Numbered from the stretch's first letter, positions 9,988-19,935 are shown. The stretch: 64,000 nt of DNA from an uncultured SAR86 cluster bacterium (GCA_902525435.1 CABZHD010000003.1:39827-103826); one strand, 5' to 3'. Notes: generated by a model not told the origin, from the letters alone. Numbers and translations are program-made.

Positions 9988-10519
9988 TTATTTTTTTATT
10001 ACACCTGAAGTAATTCCTGAGAATTACCTAGAACTGTTGGAATCGATCAAGATTAAAAAAGAATTGCTTTTGTTAAGATGTTTAGATAACTCAGAACTTA
10101 ATAAAAATTTAAACAAATTTTTATTAATAAAGAAAAAGTATCAAACCAAACTGATTTTGAGCTCTAGACACCTAGACATCTCAGAACGATTTGATGGCAT
10201 TCATTTCAATTCATCGGATTTGATGAATTTATCAGACTTAGAAAGCTATCAAAATTATTTGGGTGCTTCTTGTCATAATGAGGAGGAGATCAATAAAGCA
10301 AACCAACTTAAGTTGGATTATATTTTTATTTCACCAGTCAAAAAAACAAAAAGTCATCAGGATGCATCTTCTATAGGTTGGCAAAAATTCAAGGAATTAA
10401 GATCTCTAACTGAAATTAAGACTTATGCTCTAGGTGGAATGAGAATTTCAGACTTAAATGAGGCAAAAAAATATTCTGCTGATGGAATAGCAGGTATTTC
10501 TTCTTTTATGGATCAATAG
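9968..10519 (+). CDS. Thiamine-phosphate synthase (ThiE/TenI)-like domain protein, no Nudix domain
   Basis: TIM-barrel ThiE-like motifs (GASCHN..E, DYIFISPV..TKSH, ALGGM, ADGIAGISSF). It occupies the position between argJ and yacG where related genomes carry mutT or a MutT-ThiE-like fusion. It overlaps argJ by 20 nt. Confidence 0.6.
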   Translation: MQTIDPDYFFITPEVIPENYLELLESIKIKKELLLLRCLDNSELNKNLNKFLLIKKKYQTKLILSSRHLDISERFDGIHFNSSDLMNLSDLESYQNYLGASCHNEEEINKANQLKLDYIFISPVKKTKSHQDASSIGWQKFKELRSLTEIKTYALGGMRISDLNEAKKYSADGIAGISSFMDQ

Positions 10520-10679
10520 AAAGATCATCCTCATCTATTATAGGTCGGGAAATCTTGTGTTTCTCAAAAAACCAATCGCCTAAGTCAATGGCCTGACATT
10601 TCTCACTGCAAAAAGGTCTGTGATTTGAATCTTTAATCACAGAGTACATTTTTCTGCATCGAGGACATTTTTTTTTCAT
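10506..10679 (-). CDS. yacG: DNA gyrase inhibitor YacG (zinc-finger protein, 57 aa)
   Basis: Hand translation gives MKKKCPRCRKMYSVIKDSNHRPFCSEKCQAIDLGDWFFEKHKISRPIIDEDDLSIDP. This has the C-x2-C...C-x3-C zinc finger and the DLG.W motif of YacG. Its ATG overlaps the coaE stop (ATGA), matching coaE-yacG synteny. Below the ORF-track size cut-off. Confidence 0.85.
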   Translation of the reverse strand: MKKKCPRCRKMYSVIKDSNHRPFCSEKCQAIDLGDWFFEKHKISRPIIDEDDLSIDP

Positions 10680-11272
10680 TTAAGAATTTCTTTTTCTAAA
10701 TCTTGATGTATTTTTTTAACTTTCTCCTCTAATTCCTTTAGAGATCCATCGTTTGAAATAATAATATCTGCAAGCTCATTCCTGCTTTTTCTATCTATTT
10801 GGGAATCAATAATTGATTTAATCTGACTGGCTTCAACATTATCCCTTTTGGTGGTTCTATCGATTTGATTGTCTTCGCTTGTGTCGACAACTATTGTTTT
10901 TGAACAAAGGTCTTTTTGATTTGTTTCAAACAACAAAGGAGATACCAAAATCGCATATTTTGAACTTGCTGTTGCTAAATCATCTATGAGTATTTGATGA
11001 ATTAATGGATGAAGTAGATTTTCCAACCAGTCTTTTGCAGAACTCTCTTTAAATATAATTTCTCTGAGCTTTCTTCTATCTAATTCTCCCTCAGAGGTAA
11101 GAATATTTGATCCAAATTTTTCAGCGATTTTTTTTAAAGCTGGTTGTCCTCTCATCACAGGTTTTCTAGAAGCTACATCTGCGTCCACAACTTTCACTCC
11201 TAAGCCCTCAAAGATTTCTGAGACGGATGATTTTCCTGATCCAATTCCTCCTGTTAAGCCTACTACTATCAT
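10676..11272 (-). CDS. coaE: Dephospho-CoA kinase
   Basis: P-loop GLTGGIGSGKS at the N-terminus, ~200 aa, synteny with yacG. Confidence 0.9.
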   Translation of the reverse strand: MIVVGLTGGIGSGKSSVSEIFEGLGVKVVDADVASRKPVMRGQPALKKIAEKFGSNILTSEGELDRRKLREIIFKESSAKDWLENLLHPLIHQILIDDLATASSKYAILVSPLLFETNQKDLCSKTIVVDTSEDNQIDRTTKRDNVEASQIKSIIDSQIDRKSRNELADIIISNDGSLKELEEKVKKIHQDLEKEILK

Positions 11273-11336
11273 TAAAATTATTTTTCTGGATAATGATTAT
11301 ATTCCATGAACGGATAAATAATTCAACTGGGGGAAT

Positions 11337-12602
11337 ATGAATCCATATAGGTTACTTTTCTTTTTGACGCTTCTGAATCTTTTAAATTTTGTGGACCGTC
11401 AACTTATTGCGAGCTTCGCAAATTTTATTGTTCCTGACCTAGGCTTAACTGATTGGCAGTACGGTATTTTAACTGGATTAGCTTTTGTCTTTTTTTATTC
11501 AATCATGGGATTGTTCATGGGAACGCTGGCAGATAAGTACAACAGACCAAGATTAATTGGTTTTGGGGTTCTGTTATGGAGTGTTTTTACCGCGTTTACA
11601 GGTGCGGCAAAAGGATTTATAAGCATGGCCATTCCTAGAGCCTTTATTGGGGTCGGAGAATCAATCTTAACGCCAACATCCATGTCTATGCTTTCAGATA
11701 GCTTTCCAGCAAATAGGATGGGTTTTGCTGCTGGAGTCTATTATATGGGTGTTCCTATCGGGGTTGGGATAAGTCTTCTTATAGTAGGATTTCTTGGTGA
11801 GCCTCTAGGATGGAGAAATTGTTTTTACATTTTGGGAGGTATCGGAGCAGTTTTGGGGATCATTGCATTTTTCTTTAAAGATCGCCCTAGAAAACATCTT
11901 ATCGATAATCCAGATGAGGTTAATCTCTCTTTTTCAGAGATAGTTTCTACTTTAAGGCAAGCCTTGACCTCTTCTAATGCATTAATCTTAACCATAGCTG
12001 GAGGAGTTCTTTATCATGTAGCACTGGGAGCAGCAGTTTTTGAACAACTTTGGTATGCCCAGGAAAGAGGTTTCGAAAGATCAGAAATTGCTCAACTAAC
12101 TGGGATCATTGGTGTGGTTGCGGGTCTTGCTGGAAACTTGTTTGGTGGTTTAATGAGCGACTGGTGGCTTAGAACTTTCAATCAAGGTCGTCCAATGTTT
12201 CTTTTTTGGCTCACTCTGTTGCTATTACCTCTTGGAATAATTTATAGATTCGTAGAACCAAATACTTTTATTTTTTGGCTGGGAGTTGTTATCGGTTATT
12301 TCCAACTAGGATGTTTTTATGGCCCTACCTTTTCAACTGTTCAGGAGCTTGTGCCGCCAAAAATAAGAGCTACTGTAGTGGCGTTTTATATTTTATGCCT
12401 AAACCTTATAGGTCTTACATTTGGCTCTTTAGGAGGTGGAATCTTTACTGATCTTTTGAGATCATTTGATGTGGCTGAACCATATACAATAATGCTTGTT
12501 ACTTTCTCCTTGATCGCTGGATTAGCTATACCTTGCTATTATTTTGGTGGCAAAATTTATGAATCAGATAGAAAAAGACTTTTGGAAGAATTTAACAATT
12601 GA
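11337..12602 (+). CDS. MFS transporter
   Basis: About 12 predicted TM helices and an MFS loop 2-3 motif (GTLADKYNRPRLI). Substrate unknown. Confidence 0.75.
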   Translation: MNPYRLLFFLTLLNLLNFVDRQLIASFANFIVPDLGLTDWQYGILTGLAFVFFYSIMGLFMGTLADKYNRPRLIGFGVLLWSVFTAFTGAAKGFISMAIPRAFIGVGESILTPTSMSMLSDSFPANRMGFAAGVYYMGVPIGVGISLLIVGFLGEPLGWRNCFYILGGIGAVLGIIAFFFKDRPRKHLIDNPDEVNLSFSEIVSTLRQALTSSNALILTIAGGVLYHVALGAAVFEQLWYAQERGFERSEIAQLTGIIGVVAGLAGNLFGGLMSDWWLRTFNQGRPMFLFWLTLLLLPLGIIYRFVEPNTFIFWLGVVIGYFQLGCFYGPTFSTVQELVPPKIRATVVAFYILCLNLIGLTFGSLGGGIFTDLLRSFDVAEPYTIMLVTFSLIAGLAIPCYYFGGKIYESDRKRLLEEFNN

Positions 12603-13753
12603 AATTAAAAGATTGTCATAACATTAGCGATTTAAGAAAAGCTGCAGAAAAAAGATTGCCAGCAGCAATGTTCCATTACATTGATGGTGCTGCAGGAGAT
12701 GAATGGACAATAAAACACAATACGAATTCCTTTGAACAATACGAAGTGATCCCGAATTATTTAGTTGATGTAGATAAAATTGATACTTCAACAAAGGTTC
12801 TTGGGACACAGATTGATTGGCCATACATATGCTCGCCCACCGGCTATCACAGATTATTTCATCACGAAGGTGAAATAGCAGCTGCAAATGCTGCAAGTGA
12901 TATGGGTACGATTTTTTGCCTCTCTACCCTTTCAACAACTACTATCGAAGAGGTTGCAGAAAAATCTAAAGGTCCTAAAGTTTTTCAAATTTACGTTCTG
13001 AAGGACAGAAGTATCTCAGTCGAATACATTGAAAGATGTAAAGCTGCTAATTACGATGCTCTCTGCTTGACTATCGATGTTCCTGTTAACGGCAGACGAG
13101 AAAGAGATCTGCGCACGGGCATGACCGTGCCACCAAAATTAACACTGAAGTCTTACCTAAATATTGCCAGTAAATTTGATTGGACATTGAATTATCTTAC
13201 TCATCCCCCCACGCCATCCATGGTTAATATTGAGCATAGGCTGAAAGATGCTGCTAACGATATTTCTGTAATGGATTTTATGAACAGTCAGTTTGATAGG
13301 ACCGTTACTTGGAAAGATGCAGAGTGGATGATAGGTCAATGGGATAAGGCTTTTGCGGTCAAAGGAATTTTATCTGTAGAAGATGCTAAACGGGCAAAGG
13401 ATATTGGTGCTTCAGCAATAATGATTTCAAATCATGGAGGAAGACAACTGGATGGATGTCCAGCGCCATTTGAAATGTTGAAAGAAATTAGAGATGCTGT
13501 TGGAGACTCTATTGAGATTATAGTTGATGGTGGCATCAGAAGAGGAATTCATATCATAAAAGCTCTCGCCATGGGAGCTAATGCTTGCATGGGGGGTAGA
13601 CCTTACCTTTATGGACTATCTGTGGGAGGCTACAACGGAGCTAAATATGCGTTACAACTTTTAAAAGATGAAGTTGAACAAAGCATGATCCTAACAGGAG
13701 TCAAAAACGTTAATGAATTAAATAGATCTTTTTTGAGGAGGCCCGGAGAATGA
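12599..13753 (+). CDS. FMN-dependent alpha-hydroxy-acid dehydrogenase/oxidase (L-lactate dehydrogenase LldD / glycolate oxidase family)
   Basis: SNHGGRQLD active-site motif, DGGIRRG, and N-terminal FHYIDGAAGDE. A probable TTG start overlaps the MFS stop (TTGA). Confidence 0.85.
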   Translation: MKLKDCHNISDLRKAAEKRLPAAMFHYIDGAAGDEWTIKHNTNSFEQYEVIPNYLVDVDKIDTSTKVLGTQIDWPYICSPTGYHRLFHHEGEIAAANAASDMGTIFCLSTLSTTTIEEVAEKSKGPKVFQIYVLKDRSISVEYIERCKAANYDALCLTIDVPVNGRRERDLRTGMTVPPKLTLKSYLNIASKFDWTLNYLTHPPTPSMVNIEHRLKDAANDISVMDFMNSQFDRTVTWKDAEWMIGQWDKAFAVKGILSVEDAKRAKDIGASAIMISNHGGRQLDGCPAPFEMLKEIRDAVGDSIEIIVDGGIRRGIHIIKALAMGANACMGGRPYLYGLSVGGYNGAKYALQLLKDEVEQSMILTGVKNVNELNRSFLRRPGE

Positions 13754-15891
13754 GGATTAGATTACTGATTATTTTAGCTTTGTTAAATCTTAATGTCTTT
13801 GCTGTTGAGGGTATGTGGGAACCTTCTCAAATGGGCAATTTAAAAAAGGAGTTAAAAAATACAGGGTATTCTGGAGACGCAGATAATCTAACAGATTTAT
13901 TTTCTTTCCCGCTTAATGCAATAGTGAGTCTTGGTGGATGCTCAGCATCGTTTGTCTCTCCAGAAGGTCTTATTGCAACGAATTACCATTGTATCGAAGG
14001 GTCATATTTACAATTTAACTCTTCCGAAAAGGAGAATTTGTTCGAAACCGGATTTGTTGCTAGAAGAAAATCGGAGGAAAAACCTTCTGCGCCTGGGTCA
14101 AGTGCTTATGTCACTCAAAGCATCACTAATGTTACCAAGGCTGTATTGAGACAAACAGAAAACCTTAAAGATGATCTTGATAGATACAATAAAATTGAAA
14201 GTAATAAAAAAAGCATCATTGAAGAATGCGAGACAAGCGATGAAATAAGATGCAATGTCAGATCTTTTTTCAGCGGAGAGACTTATCAATTAGAAAAAAG
14301 ATTAAAAATAAGAGATGTCCGATTGGTCTATGCTCCACCTGCTTCGATAGGTGAGTACGGCGGCGAGATAGATAATTGGATGTTCCCAAGGCATACAGGG
14401 GATTTTGCCTTGTTGCGAGCTTATGTGGCTCCTGATGGTAGCAGCAAAGAATTTGCTAAACAAAATAAACCATATAAATCCAAGAACTATTTAAAGATAT
14501 CAGCAAAAGGAGTTCAAGAAGGAGATTTTGTTATGGTTGCCGGATATCCAGGCACAACCAATAGGTTGCTTACATATAACGAAGTGGAATTTGATATTGA
14601 GGAAGGATTTAAAGGTTTCGTTAATTTTTTAAAGTCTGGGATAGACATAATGAGATCTTCTACGAAAGATGAAGATGGTTCTTCTTTAAAATATAGAGGA
14701 TTAATTAGCGGTTATGAGAATTATTATAAAAAAATATCAGGACAAATAGATGGCGCAGAGTCATTCAGAGTTCAAGACAACGCTAATTCTGATTGGTTAG
14801 GTTTCATAGATTATTTAAATGAAAAAGGCTCTAAACAAGAAAAGGAGTCTTTAAGCTCGCTTCTTTCTTTGATTAATGATCAAAAGGCAGAAGAATTACC
14901 TAATTATTATTATGGAAATTCAAGAATGATTTCTACCGCTCAAAGAATTTACAGATACGCCTATGAAAGAACCAAACCAAATGATCAGCGAGAAATTGGC
15001 TTCCAAGAGAGAGATCATGAAAATATTGTGAATGGAATTAAATCTCTTGATTATCGACTTGATAAAAGAGTTGATAGAGAAATTTTTATTAACCGACTTG
15101 AAAAATATAGAACTTTTGACAGAAATTTAAGAAGGCCTCAATTTAGCAATTATTTTCAAATAGATGCAGACTTTGAAAAGTCTAAAAAAATTGTTGAAAA
15201 TATCTACTCACAAAAATCATTATTGGATTCTGCTGAAGATAGACTTTCCTTGATTGACTTATCTCTAGATGAACTCAATTCAATTGAAGATCCTTTCATT
15301 AACATTGCAAGGATTCTATTTGATGAGCAAATGGAGTATGAAAACATTGCTAAGTCTGAAGCTAGCGAAAAACAAAGACTCAAATCAACTTTCATAAAAT
15401 CGTTAAGAAAATATTACAAAAGTATTGGAAAGTCATTGTACTCAGATGCTAACGGTACCCTCAGAATTACCTTTGGTAACGTTAAGGGAGTATCTCTAGA
15501 AGACGGCATTACCTATGGTCCATTTACGCGTTTAGAGGGTATTAATAAAAAACATAGTGGAGAGGAGCCTTTTAATGCTCCAGATAAGCTAATGGATTTA
15601 ATCTCTCAAAAAAATTATGGAAGATATGAGTTGGAATCCTTAGGTTCTGTTCCGGTGAATTTTTTGTGCGATCTTGATATTACAAATGGAAATTCTGGGT
15701 CAGCAACGCTAAACGCTAAAGGTGAGTTGGTAGGTCTTGCTTTTGATGGGATGCTTCAGACGATTATCGCTGACTATAAATATATTCCAGAGGCGAGAAC
15801 TATATCCGTAGATTCAAGGTACTTTCTTTGGACTTTAGAGAAGTTTGATGAAGCTAGAAATATTCTTGAAGAGTTATCGGTTGAATACTAA
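13750..15891 (+). CDS. Peptidase family S46 (dipeptidyl-peptidase 7/11-like), secreted
   Basis: Signal peptide followed by EGMW, GGCSASFVSPEGLIATNYHC (catalytic His region) and C-terminal TNGNSGS (catalytic Ser). 713 aa. The ATG overlaps the upstream stop (ATGA). Confidence 0.85.
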   Translation: MRIRLLIILALLNLNVFAVEGMWEPSQMGNLKKELKNTGYSGDADNLTDLFSFPLNAIVSLGGCSASFVSPEGLIATNYHCIEGSYLQFNSSEKENLFETGFVARRKSEEKPSAPGSSAYVTQSITNVTKAVLRQTENLKDDLDRYNKIESNKKSIIEECETSDEIRCNVRSFFSGETYQLEKRLKIRDVRLVYAPPASIGEYGGEIDNWMFPRHTGDFALLRAYVAPDGSSKEFAKQNKPYKSKNYLKISAKGVQEGDFVMVAGYPGTTNRLLTYNEVEFDIEEGFKGFVNFLKSGIDIMRSSTKDEDGSSLKYRGLISGYENYYKKISGQIDGAESFRVQDNANSDWLGFIDYLNEKGSKQEKESLSSLLSLINDQKAEELPNYYYGNSRMISTAQRIYRYAYERTKPNDQREIGFQERDHENIVNGIKSLDYRLDKRVDREIFINRLEKYRTFDRNLRRPQFSNYFQIDADFEKSKKIVENIYSQKSLLDSAEDRLSLIDLSLDELNSIEDPFINIARILFDEQMEYENIAKSEASEKQRLKSTFIKSLRKYYKSIGKSLYSDANGTLRITFGNVKGVSLEDGITYGPFTRLEGINKKHSGEEPFNAPDKLMDLISQKNYGRYELESLGSVPVNFLCDLDITNGNSGSATLNAKGELVGLAFDGMLQTIIADYKYIPEARTISVDSRYFLWTLEKFDEARNILEELSVEY

Positions 15892-17789
15892 GAAATGACT
15901 GTGCTTTTAACAGGCTTGTTTCTTGCAGCCCAAATAAGTCTTAGGAATTTGACAATAAATAACCTAACAGTTCGATCATAAAAAGATATCTTTTCTTTAG
16001 TATCTTTAGCCTCTGATGTTTGCTTCCCTCTTATGACTTGACCTGGAAGAGTTCCGGTCGCTTGACCATTCTCATAAACAACCTCACCACTTTTAATAGT
16101 TGCTAAATAACCAAAGGATTCCTGAACAAGCCTTTTCCCTCCTTTAGGTAGATCAAAGATCATTTTTGGAAGAGAGACATTTAATTTTTCAAAATCAATA
16201 ATATTGATATCTGCAATCATTCCAGTTTTGATTTCTCCCCTATCAAATAGTCCATAAGTTTCAGCAGTGTCTTTTGTCTGCTTTCTAATGATGAGTTCTA
16301 AAGGAATTTTATTGCCTGCTGATCTATCTCTTGCCCAATGAGATAAATTTGTTGTGGGCATGCTTGCATCACAAATGAGGCCACAATGCGCTCCTCCATC
16401 ACTCCCACCAGCCACAGACGATTTAAGTTTATAGAATGTTTCAACGAACTTAAGTTTATGATTTTCATAAGGGGTGAAACATGCATAAATTAAGCTTTTA
16501 CCGTCATCTTTTGTCAATTCGTCGTAAATAACCTCTTCTTCTGACTGGTTTCTCTGTTCAGCTAAGTAAGCAATACTATCTTCTCTTGTTGGTTCGTAAT
16601 TAGGAGGATCACTTAAAATAAATTGAGTTTCATAGTTAGAGATTAGTTTTTTACCTATTTCTGCTTCAGCTTTAATTTCTTCTTTAGTCTTGTTAGATTT
16701 TTGTTCTTTAGCAGCTTTCTGTAAATCTTCTCTAAAGCTTGGCGACTCATTTAAAATTTTTTGCTTAAAAGCAGGATCCCTCATAATTGACAGTCTCTCG
16801 TTGAGGGGAAGATGAGCAATATCTTTGTAGGAAGGATGCCCTATAAATGGATGCAAAGAACTTTCTAGACCAAACATAAGTCCCACGTTTCTTCCTGGGA
16901 ACTGAGGTCGAACATTTTTACCTTTAAGAAACTGTTCTTCGCAGTAAAGAATGGTTTTAACGGAGTCGCCATTTGTTTGAAGAACAGTCAAACCGCAATC
17001 AGACTTTTCAACGTATTCTTTCATCCATGACATTTCTATTTCTTGGTCCAGCCAATCAGAAACAATTTCTAAAGTACCCTCACCTGCGCGGTCCACTGCA
17101 AAAGCAAGTTCCTTCATTTCTTCTGAGCTTGCTTCTGTGCCAGGCACATAAACACCATGAACGTCCCTGTGTAAGATGGTTCTAGATGTGCTAAATCCTA
17201 ATGCACCAGCATTGATTGCTTTTTCTACTATTTCTGACATTTGGTTGATTTCGTCTTTAGATGCATCAACTTGGTTTTGACATCTATCGTAGCCCATCAC
17301 ATAACTTCTTACTGGCCCATGTCCAATCATAAATCCTAAATCCATTACAAATTCTTTTCTTTCTATTGCATCTAGAAATTCAGGAAAAGTTTCCCACTCC
17401 CAATCAATGCCTTCATGCAGTGCGGTACCTGGGATGTCCTCAACACCCTCCATAAGTTGAATAAGGAAATTTTCTTCTCCGGGTTTCACGGGTGCGAACC
17501 CAACTCCACAATTGCCCATAACAACTGTGGTTACACCATGCCAGCTCGAAGGAGTTAAATAAGGATCCCAACAAACTTGTCCATCGTAGTGTGTATGAAT
17601 ATCTACCCACCCAGGAGAAACAAGGTTTCCATCAGCATCAATTTCTTTTTTACCTGAGTTAATGACTTCACCGACTTTGGTAATTTTTCCATCATCAATT
17701 GCAATATCACCAAGAAAAGGTTTTTTCCCGGATCCATCTACTATGTTGCCATTTCTAATGACTAAATCGTGTATGTGCATTTCTCTCAT
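15888..17789 (-). CDS. N-acyl-D-amino-acid deacylase (D-aminoacylase) family amidohydrolase
   Basis: GWVDIHTHYDGQ metal-binding motif, and the N-terminal beta-sandwich pattern (LVIRNGNIVDGSG) typical of D-aminoacylases. A ~40-aa C-terminal extension has unknown function. Confidence 0.8.
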   Translation of the reverse strand: MREMHIHDLVIRNGNIVDGSGKKPFLGDIAIDDGKITKVGEVINSGKKEIDADGNLVSPGWVDIHTHYDGQVCWDPYLTPSSWHGVTTVVMGNCGVGFAPVKPGEENFLIQLMEGVEDIPGTALHEGIDWEWETFPEFLDAIERKEFVMDLGFMIGHGPVRSYVMGYDRCQNQVDASKDEINQMSEIVEKAINAGALGFSTSRTILHRDVHGVYVPGTEASSEEMKELAFAVDRAGEGTLEIVSDWLDQEIEMSWMKEYVEKSDCGLTVLQTNGDSVKTILYCEEQFLKGKNVRPQFPGRNVGLMFGLESSLHPFIGHPSYKDIAHLPLNERLSIMRDPAFKQKILNESPSFREDLQKAAKEQKSNKTKEEIKAEAEIGKKLISNYETQFILSDPPNYEPTREDSIAYLAEQRNQSEEEVIYDELTKDDGKSLIYACFTPYENHKLKFVETFYKLKSSVAGGSDGGAHCGLICDASMPTTNLSHWARDRSAGNKIPLELIIRKQTKDTAETYGLFDRGEIKTGMIADINIIDFEKLNVSLPKMIFDLPKGGKRLVQESFGYLATIKSGEVVYENGQATGTLPGQVIRGKQTSEAKDTKEKISFYDRTVRLFIVKFLRLIWAARNKPVKSTVIS

Positions 17790-17831
17790 GGACTTATTAT
17801 GTATCTGTAATGATGAAAATTGAAGTATTTT

Positions 17832-17907
17832 TGGTGGAGCCAGGCGGGATCGAACCGCCGACCTCCTGCGTGCAAAGCAGGCGCTCTCCCAGCTGAGCTA
17901 TGGCCCC
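17832..17907 (-). tRNA. tRNA-Ala (anticodon UGC), CCA encoded
   Basis: The reverse complement is GGGGCCATAGCTCAGCTGGGAGAGCGCCTGCTTTGCACGCAGGAGGTCGGCGGTTCGATCCCGCCTGGCTCCACCA. It has the G3:U70 alanine identity pair and anticodon loop TTTGCAC. Confidence 0.92.
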
Positions 17908-18044
17908 AAAAGAAGGGAGTAGATTAGAGAAAGATAGAGGAAATGTCTAATGTTTTTATTAAAACAAAAATGCTCTTTTTTAGAGCAATTTGCACTATTT
18001 TATTTCTAATATAATCTTTTTTGTTAATCTATTGGGAGGAATTA

Positions 18045-19253
18045 ATGGATTCTGGAAATACAGCGTGGATTCTTACATCCACAGCACTAGTTTTGTTCAT
18101 GACTATGCCAGGTTTAGCACTATTTTATGGCGGTCTGGTTAGGTCTCAAAATATTCTATCGGTATTAATGCAATGCTTTGCGATTGCTTGCTTGGCTTCT
18201 TTTGCATGGTTGTTTATGGCATACAGCATAGCTTTTTCCGAGGGATCTCCTTATTTTGGGGATTTAAATCAAATGTTCTTGATGAATATGGCAAGAGATA
18301 GCCTTTCTGGAGATATTCCAGAATCTGCATTTTTTATGTTTCAAATGACATTTGCAATTATTACTCCAGCATTAATTGTAGGAGCTTATCCTGAAAGAAT
18401 TAAATTCAGTTTTGTAATAGCTTTCTCATTTCTCTGGATTTTATTTGTTTATGCGCCCGTAACACATTGGATATGGGGTGGCGGCTGGTTGGCAGAAATG
18501 GGAGTTCTAGATTTTGCCGGAGGCTTAGTGGTGCACTTAACCGCTGGAACCACGGCGCTGATTCTAGCTTTCCTATTAGGACCCAGAGAGGGTTTTCCCA
18601 ATCAAATAAAACCTCCTCATAATCCTGGGTTAACTATGATGGGGGCTTGTATGTTGTGGGTTGGTTGGTTCGGCTTTAACGGTGGTAGCGCGCTCGCTGC
18701 AAACCAAGATGCAGGGATGGCCATACTTGTAACTCATATTTCTGCTTCTGTAGCATCTTTGGTATGGATGTTCATTGAATGGATTAAATTCGGAAAACCT
18801 AGTTTGGTTGGAATAGTAACAGGATCAATTGCAGGTCTAGCTTCAATTACACCTGCATCAGGATTTGTAGGCCCTATAGGAGCGGTCATTATTGGTTTAG
18901 TGTCCGGTTACCTTTGTTACGTTGCAGTTGGATTTGTTAAAAATGCCCTAAAAATTGATGACTCACTTGATGTATTTGCAGTTCATGGTCTTGGAGGAAC
19001 TTTGGGAATACTTTTATTGCCTTTCCTAATTGGTTCAAATCTTGGAGGAGTTGGTCTTTCTGAAGGTCAGACTGTCATGAGTTTTTTCAATACTCAACTT
19101 ACAGGCACAATTAGTGTTTTAATTTTCACTGCGATTATGACAGTGATAATTGCTTTGATCCTAAGATCGTTCTTTGGTTTAAGAGTAGATGATGATCAAT
19201 TGGAAGAAGGTTTAGACCTATCCTCTCACGGTCAATCCGGATACAAATTATAA
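18045..19253 (+). CDS. amt: Ammonium transporter (Amt family)
   Basis: MDSGNTAWIL..., DFAGG.VVH and GFNGGS motifs. I chose the ATG at 18045, preceded by GGGAGGA, over the TTG at 18021 used by the track. No glnK gene is adjacent. Confidence 0.9.
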   Translation: MDSGNTAWILTSTALVLFMTMPGLALFYGGLVRSQNILSVLMQCFAIACLASFAWLFMAYSIAFSEGSPYFGDLNQMFLMNMARDSLSGDIPESAFFMFQMTFAIITPALIVGAYPERIKFSFVIAFSFLWILFVYAPVTHWIWGGGWLAEMGVLDFAGGLVVHLTAGTTALILAFLLGPREGFPNQIKPPHNPGLTMMGACMLWVGWFGFNGGSALAANQDAGMAILVTHISASVASLVWMFIEWIKFGKPSLVGIVTGSIAGLASITPASGFVGPIGAVIIGLVSGYLCYVAVGFVKNALKIDDSLDVFAVHGLGGTLGILLLPFLIGSNLGGVGLSEGQTVMSFFNTQLTGTISVLIFTAIMTVIIALILRSFFGLRVDDDQLEEGLDLSSHGQSGYKL

Positions 19254-19260
19254 ATTTTTA

Positions 19261-19935
19261 TTAAACAGGCAATGCATTAGAGATAGCTTCAAGGAGCGGT
19301 CTCTGATGCGCTTGCTTAGTTTTTGCATAATGAGGATGACCTAAACTAGCTAAATCTTCTGCTTTCTCCATTATTCTTTTTTCAAAATCGGAAGATGATG
19401 CTATTTCATCAAGTAGTCCGGCCTCAATACACTTGTCAAAAGGATAAGGATCAGCATGATAAAGAACAGAGTAAACATGCTTTTTATCGATTCTGCTTTC
19501 AGCAACTTCCATAATAGGAGAAGGAATATCCATATTGTTTCTAACTTCGTTTGCCTGAGCAACAAATTCCCCTTCTAGAGCTATGCGATAGTCTCCGCAA
19601 CAAACAATAAAAATTCCCATGGCAATTGCATGCCCTGTAACAGCCATAATTATTGGTCTAGGAAAAGTATATAGATCATGCATAGTTTTCATTCCTAAAG
19701 CAGTCATTTTTTGTGCCTTTTTCGCATCTCCACTTTGAAATGTTTTGAGATCAAATCCTGCTGAAAAAATGCCTTCTCTTCCTCTTATAATTAATGCACC
19801 ACTATCTTTGGAAACTTGATCTAGACAATTTTGTATAGATTCAAGCATTTCTAATGAAAAGACATTTACCTTCCCATCATCCAATGTAATAGTTGAAATA
19901 TCTCCTTCTTTGCTAAGGATTGCTGGTTCACTCAT
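19261..19935 (-). CDS. Enoyl-CoA hydratase/isomerase (crotonase) family protein
   Basis: Crotonase fold pattern (FSAGFDLK oxyanion-hole segment, GHAIAMG). Specific reaction unknown. Confidence 0.7.
   Translation of the reverse strand: MSEPAILSKEGDISTITLDDGKVNVFSLEMLESIQNCLDQVSKDSGALIIRGREGIFSAGFDLKTFQSGDAKKAQKMTALGMKTMHDLYTFPRPIIMAVTGHAIAMGIFIVCCGDYRIALEGEFVAQANEVRNNMDIPSPIMEVAESRIDKKHVYSVLYHADPYPFDKCIEAGLLDEIASSSDFEKRIMEKAEDLASLGHPHYAKTKQAHQRPLLEAISNALPV

Noticed and set aside
17908-18044. Sigma-54 (TGGCAC-N5-TTGCA) promoter, NtrC site or regulatory hairpin upstream of amt
   Set aside because: The best candidate (tttagagcaatttgca) lacks the GG of the -24 element when aligned on TTGC. The TGCTCT-N5-AGAGCA inverted repeat at about 17965-17981 is only 6 bp and AT-flanked. 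That is too weak to call, and it cannot be a tRNA-Ala terminator because it lies upstream of that gene.
18021-18044. TTG start for the ammonium transporter, as used by the ORF track
   Set aside because: The ATG at 18045 is preceded by GGGAGGA at ideal spacing and gives the conserved MDSGNTAWIL N-terminus.
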